DNA of 57,208 bases, counting the filler, from Sphacelaria rigidula (lineage: Eukaryota), in NCBI GenBank assembly GCA_964200075.2. It is 4 parts of 4 records of this genome, joined end to end, with 100 filler letters (N's around TTAATTAATTAA, not from the genome) between each part and the next. Parts side by side here need not be neighbours in the genome. Positions count along the whole stretch, not along the records: positions 1 to 14,229 come from CAXNAA020002368.1; 3 more parts are not named here. One strand, given 5' to 3'. Position 1 is the first letter of the stretch. Each line of letters begins with the position of its first letter. Positions 1 to 12,254 of this stretch are shown here, piece after piece. A model generated the notes under the pieces. The model was given only the letters and a program-made list of their open reading frames with translations, did not search any database and was not told the origin of the DNA. Position numbers and translations under genes: made by a program.

Positions 1-447
1 GTGAGAACCCGGCGTGCTCCGTCCCGGCTTTGTAGGGGCGGGCCCCCGATGTGTTTGGCGTCGGTTGGCGATGACGCTATAAAACACGCAACTCACTGCG
101 TAAGCTAGGCAACTCGGTTACCGATTTTTTGCACGCGCTTGCGTTTATTTCGCGGTAACCATGATGATAGTCGAGCTAGATCATGTTGTGCGGCGTGCAC
201 AATGGGGATAATCGTACTACGTGGTATTTATATAGTGAGACACCCATGAGGCAGTGTGTAAGCCGTGGCTGTCTCTGCAAGTGGCGATACCAGAAAATGA
301 CGCAATTCATCGTACGTTGTCATCCAAATGCAAGATAACCAGCAGGCTTCGGGCCGAACAATCTTAGCAGGNNNNNNNNNNCCCGCCTTGTAGGGATGCA
401 AGGTCAATGGTCGTATGACTATGGCATGCATGATGAGTACACCCCCT
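1..447. repeat. Dispersed repeat family B (ends ...CATGATGAGTACACCCC)
   Basis: Homologous copies at about 14345-14470, 35325-35632 and 48560-49183 on other contigs. Confidence 0.8.
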
Positions 448-1682
448 GCTCCCAACGGATTTCTTCAATCATCGCACCGCCCTCTGTCGTAGCACCGTGC
501 GATCCATCACGGTCGACTTTTATTTCGCTTCGCACCCGGTGCTACGACGAACGGATTGACGGTACTCCGCAACGGTGGGGGTTCGTCTCAGTATTTCACG
601 TGCCCTGTAATACTCCCATATTCCTTCAGTCGAAACCCGACGTATCCTGGGGTGCGCCGCACAGTAAGTTCTAGGGCTGCGTATCGGCACCGACAGGTAG
701 ATTTGATGTCATCCATCCATCGATACATTTCGTATCGAGAATGAAAATATCGGATCAATAAATTGACCCATACGAGTAGTCCTTCTTTTTTGGTGGGGGG
801 TGTTACAGTGGACAAGTATAAAAACCAGGGGAACAGGGGAGTTATTGACAGTCCCGTGCTGTGCATACAGTACGAAGACGCCTCTGCACAAGAGCTCAAG
901 GACAGAAGTACGCACGCCTGCAACTCTCAATGAGTTCTGGCGATGAAGATAGTGTGCACACAGCAGGATGCGGCCCCCGCTGGCCGAAGACCTTCGCAAT
1001 GCAAAGTAGACATGAAAGTTCCGAAAGTCGAGTCAACGCTCAAGAGGTCCAAGTCCACGGACAAGTTCGCATGCTGTGATGGTGTGTGGTGTGTGGTGAG
1101 TAAATAGCGTATTTTCACACACAGCGCGAAGTTCGCCAGCGTGCTGGAGTGTTATTTCGTACCACCGATAGTCCGTAGATATTATAGTCAAGCCTACCTT
1201 AAGCACATGAGCGCACTAGGATCTGCTTGCCGGTGTGCGGCGTGTAGCGTTTGTAAACAAGTCACCAAAACAAACTGCGAAGTACACAGCAAGGGGTTTA
1301 GTTCTTCACCATAGAAGTCACGTGGTAACTCTTACTGCTGAGCTCAGCTGCCTGGACACCATCGGTTTTGATGGCGCAGTTTGGACCAATTCAGATTAGA
1401 AAAGAAGCGAACACCTCTCAATTTTCTTGCCTCCAGCGGCGCCGCCGGCAGAGCCCCTGCGCCAGCCAGGGAGGGGGCAACTGAGGTTTGCGAGGCCCTC
1501 GGCTTCGTTAGATCGCTTACTGTGCTGGCTCATATTTTTGCCGATATATCGGCTTCACCGATCTCCGATACATGCTACAGTAGTGCTGTATGTTGCTACC
1601 GATACACAAGCCTAGCAAATCCCCAAGGTACATGAACCGTACTCCTACTGTACCCTGAGCATCTCCGTTAGTTTGCACTGAC

Positions 1683-1826
1683 CGTCTTGTCCACTCTCTC
1701 CTTTTCCCTTTGCAAGAAAATGTCTCCCGCCGCGCCGGAGGTGATGGCCGCTATCGTAGGTCCAGAGCCCGACAGGTACGCCGCGTCAGCCCCCGCTGAT
1801 ATGGCCGCATTGATTGTTGGGGTAAC
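1683..1826 (-). CDS. thrB: Homoserine kinase, last visible exon (terminal exon not found)
   Basis: cag|GTT...AAG ACG|gtcagt, 144 nt; AGADAAYLSGSGPTI is the GHMP C-terminal SGxGPT motif. Confidence 0.93.
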
Positions 1827-2331
1827 CTGGCACGGCATGAGGATGTGCAAGAGACATTAACGTCGACGAACAACTACGTGCGTTAGCATCCATGTCTTGA
1901 TATCTTCAAACGAGCGGAACCTACTTCGAGCGTAGAAGGCATACATCTTCAGTCTGAATCCCCAAATTTGGGCTTAATAACCGTAGACCTAGAACTCGTC
2001 GTGGGCGTCAGCGCTTTGTCCCTTATTTTGACAACTACGGCTCGTCGTTGGCTATGGTCACGGATGGAACCCTCAAGACCCGTTTGGGGTCGCAGGGTGC
2101 GGCCGTAACGGTTACCATGCCACGTCAAATGTTGCTTCGAAACACAGAACACATATCTACACCTACACCGCTATTTCAAGCTTGCAACACACATACCAAC
2201 ACCGGGAATTCCATCGGGGCATACTATTTTCTTCGTCAATTCGGCACAGTTTTCTCGGTAGAAACTTGAAAGCAGAAGACACCCTGCGTACACTAGGGGA
2301 CATTGCAATGAAGAACAGTAGAAACTATCAC

Positions 2332-2478
2332 ATGCTCGTAGGCGTCAGTCTCGGAACGCTGCGGCTGGTGCATCTTATCCTCGCATCCTGCACGCAGGTT
2401 GTTGATGTTCCCAGAGTGCAAGGCCAGAATGAGCCAGGCCACCCGTCCGATGGAGAATGTGGCGTCACTGCGCTTCAC
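2332..2478 (-). CDS. thrB: Homoserine kinase exon
   Basis: cag|GTG AAG...GAG CAT|gtgata, 147 nt; contains EDKMHQPQR (HSK 'D.lHqPyR' motif). Confidence 0.92.
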
Positions 2479-3491
2479 CTGCATAACGGCAACGTGTAGT
2501 AGTAGGCATCGGCCGATATGGTCGAAAATCGAGAGGCGGCAAAAACGCGACACTTGAAAGAAGGTGAAACGTATTGACACCAGAGGCTAGCATGCATGCT
2601 CCAGACCGGGCACTCGAATACACGCAAAGTTATTGCGGCGTGGATTTAGATGCATGAAATTCGTCTCCAAAAGTGTGGTCAGGCCTTCATCACGGACGGC
2701 CACGGACAGCCTTGTCGTGAAACAGGTTTGTGAGGTATTGCACCGAGGGAGTGAACAAAGCACGTAGGTTAAAAAAAAAAAAAAAGAGCCCCACAATGAA
2801 GCTGGACAGGTCGGCTATGAGTATCACAACGAAGCACCCGAGAGTCCTCCGATTGTTCCGCGACTAAAGTACATCTGCATTGCGTGAAAACACAGCTGGC
2901 TCGTTCCTACGGCTCATAAGCATAATCAAATATGCCGCCCCTCAGTGGTGAGTGTTTGGGGCCCGAAATCCCATAGCCCGGGGGTAAGATCGGGAGGGGT
3001 AATGAACACCATACCCCGGTACAGTAGCGTATACTCCAGGTACCGGCACGGTGACGAAATAGTCTCAATACTCATCACGTGAGGATTGTATTCAAGGGGT
3101 TGATGTCTTACGTACAATTGACAAACGCCGTGCCCTACAGGACTACAAACCCCCTTCGGTTCAATGGGCATCGCCACCAAAGAAACACTCCACAATTCCT
3201 TCTGTTGTGTTGGTGTCTTCTTCAGTCGACTTTCTTTTCACTATCGCATCAGCTGAACGAGTCCCAACACCGACGCACTCCTGCGGGTAGAGAACAGCAC
3301 TACACTCGGACAATTTTCGACCGTTCGTGAGCTGCTCGAACGGTCCCACTTATGGACCAGGGTCGGCGAGCATTCGTACACATTACCGGTAGTTCACGAC
3401 CCGCGGGATGCTGATGATTTTTCTACCAAGCATTCATCTTTACACTCCAGGAGCGGTGGGAGTGACTTGTGACTATACGTGCTTGGCGTAC

Positions 3492-3557
3492 CTCATCCTT
3501 GAGAACGGCTCTCGCGTCCGACGTCTTCCCGATGTGGTCTGGAATGAAGAGGACAAC
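3492..3557 (-). CDS. thrB: Homoserine kinase exon
   Basis: tag|GTT...GAT GAG|gtacgc, 66 nt; VVLFIPDHIGKTSDARAVLKDE matches the HSK 'T..AR.VL' motif. Confidence 0.92.
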
Positions 3558-4156
3558 CTAGAACCCACGAGCAGGGGTCAAGATAGAACGGCAAGCATAC
3601 ACGATACACAGTAGTTACGACACCAGTCACCCAGGCACGCACCAACGCGAAACCTTGGGCGAAAACAAAAACACGCAGATCAGCGAATACAACCACTCAC
3701 CGGAAACGCTACGGTACGACAGGTGCAGCTACCGGGCGTGCAGGGCTTCAAACTGTCCCCAAATCAACCACTGGTATTTTCAACCGGTACTGCCACGTTC
3801 CCGTTGATCGATTACCGGTGCCACAAGGCGCACGCACCGCTACCGCGCACCAAGAGAAGTCGAGCTCGAGCGAACGCGTCAGGGAGGAAGATATTTTTCG
3901 TCCTGAGCTCAAGTGTCACGTGCAATGTCACGTGCGATGTGGGCAGCACAAGTGTCAGGAATGTCACTGGCGAACGTTTCCTCAGCAAGCGAGCCGATCG
4001 CATAGCAAGGCTGCACTGCACTTTAGCATTATACCCTACCAGGAAAGAGTAACGGGAAGGTATACTAAGCCATGGTACTGGCGTACCACGGCGTGTTTGC
4101 GAACAAAGATTGCAACAAAGCTGTGAACGTGCAAAAACAGCAAACAGCAAACGCAC

Positions 4157-4264
4157 CTGAATGCCTGGCGGCAAGTTGACCCTCTCCGTGATCCACCTCT
4201 TGTGGTTGTGTATTCCCAGCTGGCAGCCACCGTAGATCACCGGGGCTACGTTGTCGGGATGTCC
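4157..4264 (-). CDS. thrB: Homoserine kinase exon
   Basis: cag|GGA CAT CCC GAC AAC...CAG|gtgcgt, 108 nt; joins the previous exon to give the HSK signature EGHPDNVAP. Confidence 0.95.
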
Positions 4265-4944
4265 CTGTACAGTAACCAGTAACCAGTAAAAACAGAGAAC
4301 GCCCAACGCCGCACGCGATGTTGTGCTTTATCGTTGTGACTACGTGATGGCAACGTGATGGTAAGAATCAGTTTGGTATTTTGTACTGCGTGGTGTTTCG
4401 GCCGCACGACAAATCTTTGACGAGCTCAGCCAGCCTGGAACAAGTTTTGGCGCTAGATCAGCTTTTGCGCGGCCCTTCTTAAGGAGTTAAAAGCTGAGAA
4501 TTTGAAAAAAGACTTATTATAATCAAGACGCAAAAACGTACGGAAGTAGCCGAAAAGAAAAATAAATTTCAGCAAATCAGAACCAGGTTAAAATTATAAA
4601 GAAAACAAAAGTGCCATTACTCCACTAATATATACTCATGTCTTTCACTAATTCCGTACGTTTTGCGTATTAACGTGTAGAACGTACGTGTGGACTGTTA
4701 GCTCAAATCCCCCTTAAGAATGCACCGCGCATCCCATTCTTCGTGTTCGGGTTAGAATGCCATAAGGGGAATGAATGCTCTGGAGGGGGAATTTGACGTA
4801 TTTACCAGAAAGGATTTTAATGTGAAGACAACAACAATGACAACAAGTCCTGTGCTATTCTGCCGTGCGGTGGCGTGGAGGGTCAGTTTTGAGGGGCGAA
4901 GAGTGGTCACCAGAGGGTCTACTTCGTCAAAAAAGGGGGGCCTA

Positions 4945-5403
4945 CGGCTACTTCTCATGTTTCGAAATATAAATCTTGTTGAAAAGTGCATTTTTGATCC
5001 TTCTTCATCGTTTTTCGGGCCAGGCGGATGTTGACACCTTGGGATGACTTGCTGTGCTCGTTCAGACCGTTCCAGAGCGCCTTTGCATTTTCCGTAGGTC
5101 ACGATTTCGTTCTTGACCAAACTTGCATTTTCATCAACACATGGTCAAGTTATCAAAAAACAGGGGGAAAACTGCCATTTTTTTTGTTTACTTGACCGTT
5201 TGTTATTCAAAATGCAAGTTTGGTCAATAAAAAAACTGTGACCTGCGGGAAACGCACAGGTGCTCTAGAACGGTCTTGACGAGCACAGCAAGTCATTCCA
5301 AGGTGTCAACATCCGCCTGGCTCTCTTTTCGGGCGAAGAACGATGAAAAAGGGTCCAAAATGCATTTTTCAACAAAATTATTTTTCGATACATAAAATTA
5401 GCG
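4945..5403. mobile_element. Foldback MITE with about 210-bp imperfect inverted arms, TA-flanked
   Basis: e.g. CCAGGCGGATGTTGACACCTTGG vs CCAAGGTGTCAACATCCGCCTGG; TA at 4943-4944 and 5404-5405; a half copy at about 21801-21985. Confidence 0.8.
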
Positions 5404-5408
5404 TAGGG

Positions 5409-6183
5409 CGGGGTCTTATCGGAAGTGATGATCACTTTTCAAAAATCACTTTTGTTAAAGACGACCGATGATGGTTGCTGCGACACCACCCCCTCAAAAA
5501 AGTGCCAAAAAACACTTTTGTAAAAGTGATTGTGTGACACCTCGAACGGCAACATGAAACGTCCCGTCGACCGGGGCATAACCGAAGGCTTGACAGACAA
5601 GTCAACACAATCAAACGTAAACCTGAGGATCGCATTCCCCTCGCAAACCAAAACACACCGCAACATTCATCGTTGCTCATCACCTGAGCATGCTACGCGT
5701 GACCTTGCTCTAATCGGTTCAGATTTCAGTCAGAAATGATGATTTGTGTGAGGCGCGCGCACAGCACACTCTCACAAACAGTCAGCAACGGCACGTTTTC
5801 GGTTGCTACTGTATTTGACACGCACCCGGCCACCTCTTATCCAATACTGGGCGGTCTGCAGTCGAACCAAGACAGCCGGGTGTACATAATTCAGAGCTAG
5901 CGCTTGAGCTACTTCGCGTGAGTGGTGGGTGTCTATGCGTGGGTGTTCGTGGCTCGGTGTGTCGGCGCTGTGTTACCTCGTTGTGTCTTGTCCGCAGCAG
6001 TACAGAGATATTGGACTATCGGTCACTTTCAGAACCACCGCATTTTTGTACAAGTGCGCAGATCTGAGCTTCGATCTGGACAACAATGCTTGTCGATAAG
6101 ACTCAGCACTGGTCGTTGTGGGGGCAATCACTTCTCCCAAGGTGATCTCTTAAAAAGTGGATATCACTTCCGATAAGACCCCG
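5409..6183. mobile_element. Non-autonomous TIR element
   Basis: Perfect 21-bp inverted repeat CGGGGTCTTATCGGAAGTGAT (5409-5429 / 6163-6183), extending imperfectly to about 40 bp; TSD unclear. Confidence 0.75.
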
Positions 6184-6419
6184 TCCAACCATGGAAAAAA
6201 TAGGGTCAGGGATGAGAATAAAAGATGGCGACGGGTTGTCCCACCTCGTTCCCGCATTAAGAAGGCCTACAGGCTGGGCCGTTTAAGAAACGGACTTTCC
6301 TTCACGCCGTTCTAACTGACAATATATCACGAGTTATGCCCACTATGACACATCGTGGTGATCTGCAAATAAGCGCGCGTCTTCCTATCCATGTTGCATC
6401 GCGATTCGATAAGTTCCAA

Positions 6420-6985
6420 CCAAATGAAATACCGAACTGTAGTCAGCTGCGAAGTGTAGACAGTTGAGGCTGCCATGTGCGGCGGAATCAGACAAAAAAA
6501 AACGGCTGAAATTGGATTTTCGGTTGCAGTCAGTTATGCCGCGTGATGGCGCACAAGTTGGGTCCGCACAACAACACATTCATTAATAGGCGCGCAGTGT
6601 CTAAGATGTCACGCAGATGAGGTCCCCAGCGCGCCAAGGCGCCTGGTAGTAGTGTGCGAACCGACGAACAGTTTGTGAAGACCTCTGTGCCGAGAGTAGA
6701 AGAAGACAAGCCAAAGGGGAAGTTCCCGCTGGTTTTGATGTACTCTTCAGCCAAGGGGAGGAAGGGGTAAGCAACGAGGTCAAAGTGGGTTGCCTCTCGC
6801 AAGGAGGCGGAAGCAGCTGCAGAGCACTGGCGATTGAGCTGGGAACACGGGCTTCGGGGTGAGCTCCCTCTGCCTGACGAATTGCTTCAAACAGCACAAT
6901 CCAAGAGGAAGGGAACCGGGTCATCGTTCAGGCTTCCCCCCAAGCGAGTTTTGAAAAGATCTGTGTCCTCGACCGTTATTTTCAA
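6420..6985 (-). pseudogene. Possible decayed Ulp1/SENP (peptidase C48)-like passenger gene
   Basis: Collinear fragments across frameshifts: KITVEDTDLFKTRLGGSLNDDPVPFLL ... VFTNCSSVRTLL ... LARWGPHLRDIL ... APINE ... then a degenerate HW-position segment; no intact catalytic His-Trp or DCG motif visible. Confidence 0.4.
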
Positions 6986-7089
6986 ACAGCGTGCATTTGG
7001 TGATTTGAATTTGAAATCCTGGGGTCGCGGTCGCGTGCGGTGCAGCACAATACAAGCACAGTACCGTGAAATACAGCATGCTGCACTGT

Positions 7090-7895
7090 ACCGTACAGTA
7101 CTGCACTGTAATGCACTGTGCCGTTCTTTACCGTACTGTACCGTACAAGCCTTGGATGCTTGCATCAGCATGTATTATGTCAGTCCAGCGACGTGTGCTG
7201 TACAAGTAGCTGACGTAATATAACACCCCCGATCCAAAAGTTGTACATGCAAATTGTCGCGATGCATCGCGCGTATCTTACTGTGTAGTGCGGCACCGCA
7301 CGTTCCTGCACGGAATGTTTTGGGACAGTACATCACCATACCACACTTGTATTGATTCTCATCCCTTTCAATGTACAAACCGATAAGAACTGTTCGATGC
7401 TTGGCCGGGGTCATACGTTACCCTGCAGCACCGTACAGTCATTATTGCACCGCCCTGTCCAATTCGTACAGTGCCGTGCGATACAAGCAGTACCTGTCCA
7501 GCACCATGCACTGCACTGCACTCTTCCTTACTGTACTGTGCCGTGCAAGTATTGGGTGCTGGCATAAGCATGCGTGATCAGTTCAGCAACGTGTGCCGCC
7601 AAAAAGCTGACGGAATATAACACCCCCGATCGAAAACTTGTACATGTAAATTGTAGCGATGCGTCGCGCGTATCTCACTGTGCAATACCATATTGCACGT
7701 TGCTGCACAGTATAGGATGACGAATTTCATGACCATACCGTTCTTGTGTTGTTTTTCATCCATCTCAATGTACAAACCGATCAAAACTGTTCGATGCTTG
7801 GCCGGGGTCATGCGTTACCCTGCAGCACCATACGGTCATCACTGTACCGCCCTGTCCAGTTCGTACAGTACAGTGCTGTGCAATACCAGCAGTAC
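7090..7895. repeat. Diverged tandem duplication, about 400-bp unit, about 2 copies
   Basis: TAACACCCCCGATC at about 7221 and 7618; TGTACAAACCGAT..AACTGTTCGATGCTTGGCCGGGGTCAT at about 7372 and 7769. Confidence 0.85.
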
Positions 7896-8041
7896 CATTC
7901 CCAATGCGCCCAGGGAGGAACTCTCAAGTGTTCGCGTAAATGCATCCTTTGTGAACCCTTTGCTGCCACCAATCGTGGAATCCGCAACCCACAGGTAAAT
8001 CGGTCAACACCCTCCACGTACTCTCGTGTGCGCAAGAGGGT

Positions 8042-10731
8042 TTGTACAAGAGACAGCGGAGGGAAGGCCTTCAGATGACACCTGAGAAATGGATGGCGTC
8101 CACGTACATGACACATAGGCAGAAGCGATTGCTTCAGCGTTCGTGGCGCACGCGCGAAGCGAAGCTCCGCAAGAACTTCAGGAACCACGCGTTCTACCTT
8201 AGGTCGCGTACAGTCAACCTGGCCAAGCGGGTTGAGGAAGTCGATGCGCTCCTCGCCCGAATTGGAACGGCAATGCTGGGCGACATCGCCGTGTTGCTGT
8301 TCAACGAGGACAGCGCTACACACGAAGAGGAGAGCGCGACACCCGACGAGGGTTTTGCGTCGACACATGACCCAGTGGTGGAGGCGCCGCATCCGCCGGC
8401 GGGGTTGCCGCGTCCGATGCGGAACCCTCGGTGACGCTGACAATGAACACAGATCTAACTGATGCTCAGCGGGGCAGGCTATCCTGTCAGTCGACGGCGG
8501 TGAGGAAAGTGCTGCAGGTGCTACGCGACCGTGATCAGCTTCAGCTTCTACACTACAAAGAGGCGCTAAGGGCGTGCGAGGCCGCCGACGAATCCCAGGT
8601 GAAGAACACCGTTGGCGGGCCCGTTTTCAAGAGTATGGACGAAGCCTCGACAACTCGCTCGTGCTCATTGCTGCACACTTGGCGGAGCAAATGCGCTCAG
8701 ACGCTACGGCCAAAACGATTATTTCGTGGGTGTGCGAGTTTCGAGATCTCAATGGCCACTTTAAACGTGATGGAAGGGGATTGTGCACACGGCAGTGGCC
8801 TCTTGCGAATGACGATGTTCAGCACACTATCTTGGAGTCGCTGAAGGCTGAGAAGCGGTTGTCGGTGAAGAAAACACAGACGTTGCTGAACACCTTGCTG
8901 GCCCAGGGAGGGTTTGTGAACCTCGATAAGTACAGACTGACCCTGCCAGTGTCGTCGACCACCGCTCATAAATGGATGGTCAAGCTTGGCTGTAAGTTCG
9001 ACCGCGCGTCACAGTTCTACTATACCGACGGGCACGAGAGGAGTGACGTCAAGTACCGCGAGGAATACGTCAGGGCAAAGAGGAGACATGCTCTGCGCCA
9101 ACCATGCTGGGCCTAGATGGCGTGGGACTCATTGACGGGTGACCAGCAGAAAGGTCTGGAAAAGTTGGAAGAAGAGGGCGAGGAAGCTCCTTACGCGGAG
9201 GTATTCCGTTTCAAAGACAAGGGTGACCAGTGCGTGGAGATACACGTAGACTTCTTAGGGGGCGATAACGACAAGCATGACGCCCTCCGCAGAGACCTAG
9301 GCGAGGAAGGCGGGTGCTACAGCGCCCGCTTCGACAAAGCTGCAGAAGCTCCGTGCGAGTTTCACCACGACACGACGGTCTGCAAGTGCGGTAAGGAGCT
9401 TCATCACGCGGGTCAGGACGAGAGCTGCTATCGATGCTACGCGGTCTCGTCTACGGAGTGGGTCGTTCGGGGTGTTCGCGGTCTGCGGAAGAAGACACCC
9501 GGGCTGGGGGAGATGGTGTCTGCGATTCAATGCGAGGTCCTCGGGTTCGGAGCGGATTCGCCGAATGGAACACTCGCCGAGGTCAACGAGTTCCGGGAAA
9601 GCGTTGGGCGCCCGGAACTTACCTGCTCCCCAGGGCTGCGTTTCATGGAGCATGGTAAAATCCGGGATGGGTATTGGGGTTTTAAGGAGTTTGAGCAGCA
9701 AGTGGTGGATTACATGGATGTTTTTGAGGTGATGTATCCCGAGAAGCAGCTCATGCTCGAAGTGGATCACCCGACAGGACACGCCAAGTACCGCGAGGAT
9801 GGACTACATGTAGGACACATGAATGTTCGATACGGGGGGATGCAGAAGCTTCTGAGGGACACGCAGCTGACTGAAGGGTGCGTGGGATCGGGGGAAGCGA
9901 ACATGCATCTCAACAACGGCAAATGGAGCACGCAGTTTATCGAAGGTGTTACCGAGAGAACCGTGGACCTCAAACTTGAAGTTGGCGACACACAGCACAT
10001 GACGTTCGCGAAAAACGACCCTCCGCCATTCTACGCCGTTGACGCCCCGGCAACGGACGCGAAGAAAGTCAGGACTTCTGTTGACAGTTCCACGGCGAAC
10101 GGTGCCGCGGGTTCGGACATGGTGCGTGGCGGCAGCTCAACCATGGGTTCGACGGCGGAGGGTGCCACCACGAAGGTTCCCGGAAAGAAGAGGAAGACTC
10201 TTGTGCCCGAGGGATACATCGGGAACGCGAAGGTGATGAAGCAAGTGCTGTGGGAGCGTGGTCTCTATGTCGATGGCATGTCCATTGCGCCAAAAACCCC
10301 GGAGGAGCAAAGGTTTCATGTTGTCCTCGCCAACTTACCTGACTTCAAGCACGAGAAGACGGCTCTACAGCACACGGTGGAGAGTCGAGGCTACATCCTC
10401 CTGCTGTCGCCCAAATATCATCCGGAGGTTGCGGAGTTCGGGATCGAGTACTCTTGGGGTATATCCAAGTCCAAGTTCTGGCGTAAGATCAATGATGAGG
10501 TGCCGAAGAATCTCCATCAGAACACGGTGAACTCCATGTGCAGGAAAACTATCCTAAACACTGGAGAGGGTGCGCCGCTTCGCCCGCCGCGCGCGAGACT
10601 ATTGCCGGGCGTACTTTGCGCAAGCAGTTCGCAAGGCGATCGAATCTAAACATCTCATCGAGAAGATGCGCGAGGTGTGCAAGGCGCACCGCAACATCCT
10701 CGACATGGAGCCGTCTTGGATTGACAAGTAG
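8042..10731 (+). pseudogene. DDE transposase (ITm-like), disrupted by frameshifts and an in-frame stop
   Basis: Motifs YYTDGHER, GQDES (D, 9417), EVDHPTGH (D, 9765), KQVLWERGL, SPKYHPEV..FGIEYSWG (E, 10446); C-terminal RVRRFARRARDYCRAY in a shifted frame ending at TAG 10729-10731; TAG at 9114-9116. Confidence 0.88.
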
Positions 10732-11609
10732 TAGCGTGGGGAACGACGACGGTGGGGGGCAAGGGTATTGCATATCGTGTAAAATTAATTTTCTGTGGTT
10801 GATAAACTTGATGCGTTGTTCTATGTTTTTGTCCCGCTTGTTTTCATCGACCGTCTTCACGTGACTACTTCTATATTTGCATGGTGGAAGCAGAGTATCA
10901 CTTGTGGTTTGGCTGTCGTGGTCGTGTGATTGTGAGTACCATATACATACTTGTAGTGTGAGTGGGATAAACCTGCGCTGCTTATGTTTAGTGGCGCCCT
11001 GATTTGCTCGACCTTGTTACAGTACGACTACTTTTGGGGGGGGTTGTATTTTTGCAAATTGGGGGTGGAGTACAGTATCATTTGTGGCTCGGGCGTCGTA
11101 GTTCGTTGTGTGCTTCTGAGTACCATGGTGTGACTGAAAAAAACTTGCGCTGGCGGTCTGTTATGTTGGATAATATTTATCGATAGTTTTACACCCCTCG
11201 TCTCCGGGGAAGCACTGGCCTAACGTTGTCAATCGTTCATCTTTTGTGCAGGGTACGATTGGTTTTGCGTGTGCTCGCACGTGGCCAACACGAGCCCTAA
11301 ACCCCAGAAACTCTGGCATGGATTTCGAGCCAATTTCGCTGCGATATACAGTATAACTGTAAACTCGTACAGCGGTGGTTGTGCCTACTTCCACATGGGA
11401 ACCAATTTATCGATCGACGGCACAGATCGAGTTCAACGTGCACTTTTTGTCCTTTTCCCGCAAAAAAGCACCTCGAATAACAGTGGGAATGTGTGACACC
11501 TATCGAATTTTTTCATCGCAGCAAAATATTCAACTACCCAGGGGTACTCCCGCATTAAGTCGGAGCGAATTCTGTTGGTATACCATATACCCGTCAGGGG
11601 GTCTGTTTT

Positions 11610-12254
11610 ACACTTCTCCACATAGGAAGCGGTTCTCGACAGAAAAACGCGATTTCATTGCTCAATTTGAAGTAGTTTTCCATGAAGTTTTGACACGGTA
11701 TACATGGGGTGTATGTGGATTCCCAACCGTTTGCCCCCTCTTTTTTTTTTTCCTCGTTTGTCATTGGTGATCTAAATTTCGGAACAGTTTTTGGTGCAAA
11801 AACGTCGACAACTCCTTGAAAAAAAAACAAAATGTCAAGGGGGACAAAGGGGAATTCAAAACATACCTCATGCGCATCGTGTCGAAATTTCGTGATAAAA
11901 CACTCAAAATTCAAGAGCATAACCGCGTTTCATTTTTTCGTGGCTGGTTCATCTCCACATAGGAACCGGTCTTGGACACGAACACGCGATTTAACAGCTG
12001 AGTTTCAGGTCGTTTTCAATGAAATTTTTACGTGCGAAGACGCCACTTTTCCCCCTCTACTTTTTTTTTCTCCCGTGAGTTATCGGCGACCAAATATTTC
12101 AGAGCAGTTTTTCTCGGAACAAAATCGTGAATAACTTTAAAAAAGGAGTACATATATATGGGGGGGAAAGTGGCGTCTTGGCACATACATCCTCTACATC
12201 GTGTCAAAACTTCACAAAAAACAACCTGAAACTCAGCTGTTAAATCGCGTGTTC
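11610..12254. repeat. Two tandem about 300-340-bp foldback units at the transposon right end
   Basis: Direct repeat TCTCCACATAGGAA at about 11615 and 11952; perfect 31-bp inverted repeat 11980-12010 / 12224-12254 and inner AAGACGCCACTTTCCCCC / GGGGGAAAGTGGCGTCTT. Confidence 0.8.

Noticed and set aside
556..1500. Terminal exon of thrB
   Set aside because: No minus-strand segment with splice signals and an HSK-like C-terminus found; probably beyond the contig edge.
4466..4730. TTAA-flanked small element (Kolobok/piggyBac-like)
   Set aside because: Inverted similarity is weak and extends outside the TTAA, so boundaries and TSD cannot be fixed.
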